Origin: an uncultured Verrucomicrobiae bacterium
GTDB lineage: Bacteria > Verrucomicrobiota > Verrucomicrobiia > Chthoniobacterales > UBA10450
DNA: 64,000 nucleotides
Reading direction: 5' to 3'
Assembly (NCBI GenBank): GCA_963772365.1
Contig: CAVYXA010000003.1
Location: forward strand, 224,001 to 288,000
Part shown: piece by piece, positions 42,372 through 50,079 of the stretch
How the letters are laid out: every line of letters starts with the position of its first letter
Position numbering within the stretch: the first letter of the stretch is position 1
Translations under genes and position numbers: made by a program
Notes under the pieces: generated by a model
What the model was told of the DNA's origin: nothing
What the model saw: the letters and a program-made list of their open reading frames with translations, nothing else
Databases searched by the model: none

Positions 42372-42597
42372 GATAAATCTCTTGGTTATGTTTCCGCTGA
42401 AGTTGAAACACTATCGAAGCGCCACCAGCCTTGTTAGACCCCCTCGGCGATCAATCCTTCCAGCCTTAGGAAAGAACCAGCGTTATCAAAACCGAGGTGA
42501 CAATTGCAAGCGTTTTCGCCTATTAAATGCGGGACGCCGAGCCGCGTTCGGGAAGTTAGTGCACTCGTTAAGTCGGAATTTGTGTAAGACAAAAACC

Positions 42598-42671
42598 CGG
42601 AGCCTACGGGGCTCGAACCCGCAACCTCCGCCGTGACAGGGCGGCGCTCTAACCAATTGAGCTAAGGCTCC
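42598..42671 (-). tRNA. tRNA-Asp(GTC), CCA not encoded
   Basis: GGAGCCTTAGCTCAATTGGTTAGAGCGCCGCCCT-GTC-ACGGCGGAGGTTGCGGGTTCGAGCCCCGTAGGCTCCG cloverleaf. Confidence 0.97.
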
Positions 42672-42809
42672 TCGCAAAAAACGGAAGGCAGGGTAATCGC
42701 GGGACTGACTGCTTCAACTGATTTCTCCCGGTCGGAAGAATCTGTTCGTGCTGGAAGGTTCATTTTGATTCGGCAATTGACGAATCCTTTGCAGGCCGAA
42801 AGCATGGAA

Positions 42810-42823
42810 TGTTCTCTTGAACA
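42810..42823. promoter_or_regulatory. LexA (SOS) box of the Verrucomicrobia type
   Basis: Perfect TGTTC-TCTT-GAACA palindrome 30 bp upstream of imuB-dnaE2. Confidence 0.85.
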
Positions 42824-42853
42824 TATCAGCTTCTGCGTGATAACTTCGGGCGT

Positions 42854-43834
42854 ATGCCGACAAATCGCTCAAATCAGGATACCGCTGAATTCCAGCGGAT
42901 TTTGAAAATCCTTCATAAATGGGGAATTCAGACCCTCGGCCAACTTGCTGCGCTAGATAAGCAACAACTCGCCTCCCGTCTTGGATCGACAGCTGTCCAA
43001 ATGTGGGAGCGAGCCAATGGAAAATCGAGGCGTCAGCTTCGGCTAGTCCAGCCGCCGGAGTCATTCCAGGAGAGCTTCGAATTCGAGCATGAAATTGAAA
43101 CTGCCGAGCCGCTCCTGTTCATCCTGCGTCGTTTTCTAGAACAACTCGCTCGGCGGCTAAACGCCATTTATTTCGTCGCCGGTGAATTGAATCTGCGGAT
43201 TACATTCGCGACGAAACGAACTTACGAACGCGTCTTCAAAATCCCGCAACCCACCAATGACGTCGATCTTCTCTTTCGCATGCTCCAGACGCATCTGGAG
43301 AATTTCAAATCCGACCAGCCAATCGTAGCCGTTTCTCTCGAGGCCCAACGGTCCAAACCGACCAGACAACAATTTGGATTATTTGAAACCGCGCTTCGCA
43401 ATCCGCATCAGCTTTACGAAACACTGGCGCGGCTGACCGCGCTTCTCGGTTCAGATCGCCTGGGCACTCCGGTTCTGGAAGAAACCCATCGGCCGGATGC
43501 ATTTCGCATGGAGCATTTCGCGTGGGCTGTAGAGTCCGCTGTCCCCAGCGGAAAATCGCTCAATGCGCTGAGGACAGCGCACACTACACCGGCCCTGCGG
43601 CGATTTCGTCCCGCTGCGGCTGCATCCGTTTTTCAGTCGCAGGATCGACATCTCCAAAGCGAAAACATTTCCGGCAAAGTGATCGATCAAAGCGGGCCGT
43701 ATCTCCTTTCCGGAAATTGGTGGGACGAAAAATCGTGGGCCCGCGCCGAGTGGGACGCGGCGCTCGAGGATGGAACGCTATGCCGATCCTATCAAAATGA
43801 GAGCGGCTGGCATATCGAGGGGATTTATGACTGA
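42854..43834 (+). CDS. imuB: Short ImuB-like (inactive Y-family polymerase) accessory protein lacking the N-terminal polymerase domains
   Basis: LHKWGIQTLGQLAAL..LASRLG thumb/HhH, little-finger region, clamp-motif-like QFGLF, C-terminal GPY.LSGNWW...WD...GIYD; directly upstream of dnaE2. Confidence 0.8.
   Translation: MPTNRSNQDTAEFQRILKILHKWGIQTLGQLAALDKQQLASRLGSTAVQMWERANGKSRRQLRLVQPPESFQESFEFEHEIETAEPLLFILRRFLEQLARRLNAIYFVAGELNLRITFATKRTYERVFKIPQPTNDVDLLFRMLQTHLENFKSDQPIVAVSLEAQRSKPTRQQFGLFETALRNPHQLYETLARLTALLGSDRLGTPVLEETHRPDAFRMEHFAWAVESAVPSGKSLNALRTAHTTPALRRFRPAAAASVFQSQDRHLQSENISGKVIDQSGPYLLSGNWWDEKSWARAEWDAALEDGTLCRSYQNESGWHIEGIYD
43528..43588. repeat. REP doublet inside the imuB coding sequence
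   Basis: TGTAGAGTCCGCTGTCCCCAGCGGA...TGCGCTGAGGACAGCGCACACTACA, matching 27111-27178. Confidence 0.8.
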
Positions 43835-43843
43835 GAATGCAGA

Positions 43844-43934
43844 GTCATCCTGAGCGGAGTGCAGCGAAGTCGAAGGATCCCGCGAAGTTACCTTGAGGTT
43901 CATCACGGGATTCCTCGACTTCGCTCGGAATGAC
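43844..43934. repeat. Palindromic intergenic element between imuB and dnaE2
   Basis: Arms GTCATCCTGAGCG/CGCTCGGAATGAC and GAAGTCGAAGGATCCCG/CGGGATTCCTCGACTTC. Confidence 0.8.
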
Positions 43935-43935
43935 C

Positions 43936-46900
43936 ATGCCCTACATCGAGCTTCACACCAAAAGCGCCTTCAGTTTTCTCCGCGGCGGTTCATTTCCCGA
44001 GCAACTTGCTGAAGTCGCAGCCGACTTGGAAATGCCTGCCATTGCGCTTTGCGATCGCGACGGAGTTTATGGTGCACAACGATTTTCCGTTGCTGCTCGT
44101 GAACACAATCTACGGCCGATCGTCGGCGCTGAATTGTCGATAGAAGACGGCATGATTTTGCCGGTGCTAGTCGAGAACCGAACCGGTTACAAAAATCTGT
44201 GCGAACTGCTCACCCAGGCGCATCTCCGCAGCGAAAAAGGAAAATGCGCAGTGAAATGGGATGAATTGTACCAATTCACGGAAGGTTTGGTCGCGCTCTT
44301 TGGATTGGGGTGCACTCCCCGGAATTCCGTCGAACGCGTGCAGTTTCTAATCAATGCTTTTGGGCGTGGCAATGTTTTCGTCGAAATCCAGCGGCATTTC
44401 ATTCGCGGCGAGGAACAGATCAATCGCGCGCTAGTCGATCTTGCTCGCGCATATCGATTGTCGATCCTTGCCACCAACGGCGTTCAATACGCCAAGCCCT
44501 ACGGGCGCGAAGTGCTGGACGTGTTCACGTGTATTCGCGAGCACACCCATCTCGATGCCGCCGGCAAGTTGCTCACCCAAAACGCCGAGCGCCATCTTAA
44601 GAGCGATCGCGAAATGCGAGCCATTTTCGCGGATTTCCCCGAAGCAATCGAGAACACGTCCCGCCTTGCTGACCGGCTCACATTTTCACTCGAAAACATC
44701 GGTTACGAGTTTCCCTCTTATCCGGTCCCGGCCGGCCACAACATGGATTCGTTTCTGCGGACGATCGTCTGGTTCGGTGCGCAACAGCGTTACGCCGCAG
44801 TCAGCACGTCGGTGAAACGGAAACTCGAAGAGGAACTCGCGCTGATCACGAAGCTCGGGTTTGCCGGATATTTCCTGATTGTCTGGGACATCATCAATTT
44901 CTGTCGTGAACACAACATCATGGTTCAGGGTCGGGGCAGTGCCGCGAACAGCGCGGTTTGTTATTGTCTCGGAATTACGCCGGTTGATCCGGTGAGCAAT
45001 CATTTGGTCTTTGAGCGTTTTCTAAACGAGAGCCGCAAAGGCTGGCCCGACATCGATCTCGATTTACCCAGCGGCGATCGACGCGAAGCGGTGATTCAGG
45101 AAATTTATCGGCGCTACGGCAAACATGGCGCGGCCATGACCGCAAACGTGATCAGTTATCGCGGACGAAGCGCCGCCCGCGAGATTGGCAAAGCGCTGAA
45201 TTTTTCGCCGAATATTCTCGATCGATTTTCGCACCTGTTCGCCAATGGCGATTTCCCGCACACGATGGAGTTGGAAGCGCAAATCGAGCAAGCCGGTTTA
45301 CCGAAAGATCATCCGCGAATGCCGGCGTTCGTCCGGTTGTATCACGCCATCTACGGTTTGCCGCGCCATCTCGGTCAGCATTCCGGCGGGATGATTATTT
45401 GCCAGGACAAACTCAGCTCATTCGTCCCGCTCGAGAATGCATCGATGCCCGGCCGGGTTGTCGCGCAATGGGACAAGGACGATTGCGAAGATCTCGGCAT
45501 CGTGAAAGTCGATCTGCTCGGGCTGGGGATGATGTCAGTGATGCAGGACGCGTTCGAGCTTTGCCGGGAACGGGGGCGACCTCTCGATCTAGCTCACATT
45601 CCAAAAAATGACGCCGCTACTTTCGAGATCATGCAAAACGCCGACACGATTGGCGTTTTTCAAATCGAGAGCCGCGCCCAGATGGCGACTTTGCCGCGAA
45701 TGAAACCGAAATGTTTTTACGATGTGGTGATCGAAGTTGCGATCATTCGACCCGGGCCGATCCAGGGCGACATGGTTCATCCATATCTGGCGCGGCGGGC
45801 TGGGAAGGAAAACGTCACCTATTTCGACGATCGATTGAAACCAGTGCTCGAACGCACGCTAGGGGTTCCGCTTTTTCAGGAGCAGATGCTCAAGATCGCA
45901 ATGGTGATGGCAGATTTTTCCGGGGACGAAGCAGAAGAATTACGACGCGCATTGAGTTTTCATCGCTCTGAAGAGCGAATGAACAAAGTTTGCGCGAAAT
46001 TGCGGACGGCGATGGAGCGCAAAAACATCGCGCCGGACAAGATCGACAAAATCATTCAATCAATTAGCTCTTTCGCTCTTTATGGATTTCCCGAATCGCA
46101 CGCAATCAGTTTCGCGATTTTGGCTTATGGCAGTGCGTATCTGAAAGTGCATCGGGCTCCGGAGTTTTACGCCAGCCTGCTCAATAATCAGCCGATGGGC
46201 TTCTATACCCCGGCCACGATTGTCAAAGACGCGCAGCGGCACGGAGTGAAAATCCGTCCGGTTTGCGTCCAGCAATCTGAATGGCGTTGCGCGATCGTCT
46301 CGAACAATCGGCCCTTACCTTCATCCTCTCTCTGGCCAGGGAGAGGCGGACCAGCCTCCGCCCGGCTACGACTCGGCAAGCGCGAAGCGCCGGTGAGGGT
46401 CAGTGAAGCTATCCGCTTGGGATTTTGCGTGGTGAGCGGATTGAATCAAAATCACGGGGAAGAGATCGTCCGTCAGCGGCAAGATCGACAATTCGATTCG
46501 CTGGAAGATTTCAAGCGGCGCGTCCCGCTTTCAAAAGATGAGCTGCGCAATTTGGCCGAGCTTGGTGCGCTCAATTGTTTCGCTAAACATCGCCGCGCCG
46601 CGATGTGGCGAGTGGAAGAAACGACGCGTGATGATCTGCTGGGGAGCGCACGCTTTCAGCGTGCTGGCGAATGCATTTTGCATTCGCGAACTTTCGAAAG
46701 TCCGTTTCGGCAGAATGCCGAAACCAGCACGCCAGAGGCGCGCGCTCCCCAGAATTCCGAGTCGCTGCTCAAGCGAATGACGATGCTCGAACGCGTAAAA
46801 GCCGATTACGAAACCATGAATCTCACGACCGGACCGCATCCGATGAAACTGCTGCGCACGCAATTACCGAACATTTGGCGGGCAATCGATCTGGCGCGAG

Positions 46901-47190
46901 CGAAACACGGATCGACAATTCAGATCGCGGGCAACGTGATTTGCCGCCAGCGTCCCGGGACAGCGAAAGGCTTTGTGTTCATCAGTCTTGAGGATGAGAC
47001 CGGCGTTTCCAACGCCATTGTCGATCCTGATTTATTTGAGCGATTTCGCCTTCTGATCACGGAAGAATCATTCCTTATCATCGAAGGGGAAGTGCAAAAC
47101 TCCGACGGTGTCGTGTTGATCAAAACCCGCCAGATCAAACCTCTCGCGCATGAAAGACTCATCGGAAGCGAGTCGCACGATTTTCGATAA
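43936..47190 (+). CDS. dnaE2: Error-prone DNA polymerase DnaE2 (ImuC)
   Basis: PHP YIELHTKSAFSFL, GRGSAANS, PDIDLD, PRHLGQHSGG, FQIESRAQ, YGFPESHA, RQRPGTAKG and the DnaE2-type C-terminal SHDFR; alternative ATG at 43930. Confidence 0.96.
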   Translation: MPYIELHTKSAFSFLRGGSFPEQLAEVAADLEMPAIALCDRDGVYGAQRFSVAAREHNLRPIVGAELSIEDGMILPVLVENRTGYKNLCELLTQAHLRSEKGKCAVKWDELYQFTEGLVALFGLGCTPRNSVERVQFLINAFGRGNVFVEIQRHFIRGEEQINRALVDLARAYRLSILATNGVQYAKPYGREVLDVFTCIREHTHLDAAGKLLTQNAERHLKSDREMRAIFADFPEAIENTSRLADRLTFSLENIGYEFPSYPVPAGHNMDSFLRTIVWFGAQQRYAAVSTSVKRKLEEELALITKLGFAGYFLIVWDIINFCREHNIMVQGRGSAANSAVCYCLGITPVDPVSNHLVFERFLNESRKGWPDIDLDLPSGDRREAVIQEIYRRYGKHGAAMTANVISYRGRSAAREIGKALNFSPNILDRFSHLFANGDFPHTMELEAQIEQAGLPKDHPRMPAFVRLYHAIYGLPRHLGQHSGGMIICQDKLSSFVPLENASMPGRVVAQWDKDDCEDLGIVKVDLLGLGMMSVMQDAFELCRERGRPLDLAHIPKNDAATFEIMQNADTIGVFQIESRAQMATLPRMKPKCFYDVVIEVAIIRPGPIQGDMVHPYLARRAGKENVTYFDDRLKPVLERTLGVPLFQEQMLKIAMVMADFSGDEAEELRRALSFHRSEERMNKVCAKLRTAMERKNIAPDKIDKIIQSISSFALYGFPESHAISFAILAYGSAYLKVHRAPEFYASLLNNQPMGFYTPATIVKDAQRHGVKIRPVCVQQSEWRCAIVSNNRPLPSSSLWPGRGGPASARLRLGKREAPVRVSEAIRLGFCVVSGLNQNHGEEIVRQRQDRQFDSLEDFKRRVPLSKDELRNLAELGALNCFAKHRRAAMWRVEETTRDDLLGSARFQRAGECILHSRTFESPFRQNAETSTPEARAPQNSESLLKRMTMLERVKADYETMNLTTGPHPMKLLRTQLPNIWRAIDLARAKHGSTIQIAGNVICRQRPGTAKGFVFISLEDETGVSNAIVDPDLFERFRLLITEESFLIIEGEVQNSDGVVLIKTRQIKPLAHERLIGSESHDFR
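46311..46400. repeat. 90-bp palindromic element in frame within dnaE2
   Basis: CCCTTACC...CCTCTC/GAGAGG...GGTGAGGG arms. Confidence 0.7.
46639..46752. repeat. 114-bp palindromic element in frame within dnaE2
   Basis: CTGGGGAGCGC...GCGTGCTGG / CCAGCACGC...GCGCTCCCCAG with internal hairpins. Confidence 0.8.
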
Positions 47191-47244
47191 CCCCAGTAAA
47201 ACCGTTGCAATCTTAAACCGGCGCGGAAATATCTTGGTATCCGC

Positions 47245-48237
47245 ATGGCTATCTCGAATCTCTTCATTATTGGCGCAGGCTTCACAAAGGCCGTGTTTCC
47301 ATCCGCTCCTCTAAATGACGATTTCCTAACTCAGGTCGTTGGACCTGAGCCAAATGATTCCCCCTTGGGACAGGTTTGGTCAGAATACAAACTGTCGAAT
47401 ATCGAAACGCTGCTCACTCGATTGGATCTTGATCTGCTGACGGGGAGAAGTCGGTTTAATCAAGATGACCGGGATGCTGTCAGCAATCAGCTGGCCGATT
47501 TTGTTAGTCGTTTCAGGTTCGCGCACGATGTGGAATGGCTCCGCCCACTTACTCAGATCATCGCTGACAATGATGTCATCGTTTCGCTGAACTATGATTG
47601 CTTCTTAGAAGGTTTTCTTGATTTTCACGGAGTTTGGAGCCCGAACGGCGGTTATCACATCATTGAGAACGAATTATCCAAGGGTTCGCTTCCCGACAAT
47701 CAGCGCAACATTCAAATCCTTAAGATTCATGGGTCCGAAAGTTTCCGACGATCGGCGTTTCTCGATAAACCAGAATGGCGGACGATTGGCTTACGAATTA
47801 ACTCGGGATTATTTCCAAGGTCAGGGAAGAATATAGATTTTGGATGTAGCCCTGACGACGGTGCATACGTAATTGCGCCATCGTTCGCGAAACAATTCAA
47901 CGTGGAACTTCAATGCCTGCTTTTGGATGCGACGCGATTCGCCAGGATTGCGAGGCACCTAATCATCATTGGGTCTGGATTGCGCCGTGAAGACAACTAT
48001 CTCTGGTTGGTGCTGGCTAGCTTCATGTTCATGAACGATCCGTCGTGGAGGGAGAAACGAACATTTATTGTCAGTCCGCGCGCATCTGAGATAGCGAAAC
48101 GAATCGAGAATTTCTGGAGCAGAAAAATCTTTTCGCAACAAAACCTCATCGCGATTGATTCCGGCTTTCAATCCGGAATTTCCCGGCTTCACGAGAAACT
48201 CCGCGATGCCAAGAACGCACCGACAAACAGTTTGTGA
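47245..48237 (+). CDS. SIR2-like domain protein (possible NADase/defence protein)
   Basis: FIIGAGFTKA, SLNYD, LKIHGS, IAPS..K, IIIGSG sirtuin-like motifs; more AT-rich than flanking genes. Confidence 0.7.
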   Translation: MAISNLFIIGAGFTKAVFPSAPLNDDFLTQVVGPEPNDSPLGQVWSEYKLSNIETLLTRLDLDLLTGRSRFNQDDRDAVSNQLADFVSRFRFAHDVEWLRPLTQIIADNDVIVSLNYDCFLEGFLDFHGVWSPNGGYHIIENELSKGSLPDNQRNIQILKIHGSESFRRSAFLDKPEWRTIGLRINSGLFPRSGKNIDFGCSPDDGAYVIAPSFAKQFNVELQCLLLDATRFARIARHLIIIGSGLRREDNYLWLVLASFMFMNDPSWREKRTFIVSPRASEIAKRIENFWSRKIFSQQNLIAIDSGFQSGISRLHEKLRDAKNAPTNSL

Positions 48238-48662
48238 AGCACAGCAGCAACGGCGAGCGTTCACCAGTGCTTCCAAAAAACAGGAGCAAAGTGGCCCTTT
48301 ACGTCGGCCGGTTAGTCGCGCTGTTGGTGCTATCCGCTGCTGTGGCAGCGCCGCCAGCGTTCAATTTCGGCTACTCAGCGCGCAGCTACGCGCGACACGC
48401 TTCGCATTCTCACGACTTTTACGTCCTGCTGCGGTGGGTCTGCTGTGGCGTTTTCGCGTATTCGGCGTTTACCGCGTTTCGAATGAAGCGCGCAGCGTGG
48501 GCGTGGACTTTTGGGATTCTGGCCGTCCTGTTTAATCCACTTGCGCCGGTTTATCTTCAAAGAGCGACGTGGCAGATCATAGATTCAGGTGCAATCGTTC
48601 TAATCGTGATCGCGGCGATCTCTTTCTGGCGATCGTCGAAAACGAAAATGCCGCCGACCTGA
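48234..48662 (+). CDS. DUF6804-like small membrane protein
   Basis: FYVLLRWVCC...LFNPLAPVYLQRATWQIID pattern; several TM helices. Confidence 0.7.
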   Translation: MKHSSNGERSPVLPKNRSKVALYVGRLVALLVLSAAVAAPPAFNFGYSARSYARHASHSHDFYVLLRWVCCGVFAYSAFTAFRMKRAAWAWTFGILAVLFNPLAPVYLQRATWQIIDSGAIVLIVIAAISFWRSSKTKMPPT

Positions 48663-48881
48663 GATTGCACTACATGAAACATTACATCCTTCTTTCCGTC
48701 GAAGTGCCAGCACAAACCGAGGACGCGAAACACAGCAAGTGGTTGACTCTTGAAGCGCGGCTCGAACGAATTATTCCTGTCCGAAAAGGCGCAGCAGGCG
48801 TCCGAGCCTGAGAAACTTCTTATGATGGAGGAACTGTGAGCGGAATTGGCCGAGGACAAGGATCAACGAAATAAATGCGAG

Positions 48882-49529
48882 CTAAACAGGGAGCTCCCGA
48901 ACCCATCTATAGAAAGGTACGAGCTTGCCTTCGAATCGGACGTCCTGCGGTGTGAGATATCCAAAGTCTCTGTTCTTCGACTCTAGGAACTCAAGTGCTT
49001 TCGCGCACTCTTTAAGTGCGATTATAGCTGTGAGCCGGTCTATTCGGTTTGGAAAAACATCTAGCTTTAATTTGCGAGTCGTTCGCGATGCAAGGTCGAC
49101 ATTCTTGTCGAATTTCGTGTCGCCGTAACCTGGTAACCGCGCAGGCGGTTGAGCGAATCTAAGGTCATTCCCTGTCCAGTAAATTTTAGCACTCCATAGG
49201 TGCGAATGTGCTATTGCGTCGCGGACGACGAATATTTCCTCGATCTTATCGGCTATATCGTCTTCGCCTAAATTCCGAAGCGTATCGACCGCTGAAGCTC
49301 GTTTCTTACCTGACCCAGATACATAGCGAGCCCGGGCGCATGCGCCTTCGAGAAGAAACGCGGCGAGTGCAATAATTGAAACTGCGTATCCGTTTTCACG
49401 CGGGGCCGCCTGCACCTCGTTTGGTTCTCCGGAGTGAAGCTGAAGCATGCGTTCGCAAAGATCGCTAATCGGCTGAAGCAGATGAACGAAGACTGCGCTA
49501 ACATAATCATGTGTCTCAGTCGCTGACAT
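48882..49529 (-). CDS. Hypothetical protein with HEPN-like RxxxxH motif
   Basis: Helical N-terminus with LLE and RDAIAH; AT-richer DNA; ORF track extends to 49655. Confidence 0.55.
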   Translation of the reverse strand: MSATETHDYVSAVFVHLLQPISDLCERMLQLHSGEPNEVQAAPRENGYAVSIIALAAFLLEGACARARYVSGSGKKRASAVDTLRNLGEDDIADKIEEIFVVRDAIAHSHLWSAKIYWTGNDLRFAQPPARLPGYGDTKFDKNVDLASRTTRKLKLDVFPNRIDRLTAIIALKECAKALEFLESKNRDFGYLTPQDVRFEGKLVPFYRWVRELPV

Positions 49530-49599
49530 GGATTTCGATTGAATAACATCTTTGGTGCTGCAGCGTTTGAGCAAGGGGGGCGAGCTATTTGGTTTCGGT

Positions 49600-50079
49600 T
49601 CAAAGCCCATGAGTCGCCCAAATTTCGTAATCGCTAATAGGCCATCTCGGCCCATACTTAATATCGAAGCCCGCGGCGATCAGTTTTTTTCCAAAAGGCT
49701 CGACGTGATCATCGCCACAAACGAAAAGTACGTTTCTGTTTTTGCAGTCCCGAATTCGTGAAAGCCAAAATTGTTCACGCTTATCCGAATCGGATTGTTC
49801 AATTCTATTTTGTTCTTTTTCAGCGGGACAAGGGTCACAGAAGCGATGTTCAATCACATTGGCTTTTGCTAACTGCTCAAGTACTGATTCGGTCACTCCC
49901 CATTTCATTTTGGCTTGGTCGCTAAACTCTTCCGCCAAGATTGAAATGCCAAATTTTGGGATGACTTTGACTTCTAAAACGTGAGCTTTGAATGATGCTC
50001 TTTTGTCTCGAACAATTTTTGCGACGTGCGGGGCCGGGTCGAACTGAACGGCATGGTTAACTCCGATTACATACACCAT
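49600..50079 (-). CDS. Hypothetical protein, TraB/ChaN-like fold suspected
   Basis: VIGVNH...LAEE...RE.FW...LFVCGDDH motif order. Confidence 0.5.
   Translation of the reverse strand: MVYVIGVNHAVQFDPAPHVAKIVRDKRASFKAHVLEVKVIPKFGISILAEEFSDQAKMKWGVTESVLEQLAKANVIEHRFCDPCPAEKEQNRIEQSDSDKREQFWLSRIRDCKNRNVLFVCGDDHVEPFGKKLIAAGFDIKYGPRWPISDYEIWATHGL

Noticed and set aside
42598..42671. tRNA-Asp as the attachment site of an integrated element
   Set aside because: No integrase and no duplicated tRNA 3' end seen in the window
46311..46752. Inteins in DnaE2
   Set aside because: The inserts are only 30-38 aa, lack C/S...HN splice motifs and are explained by DNA palindromes
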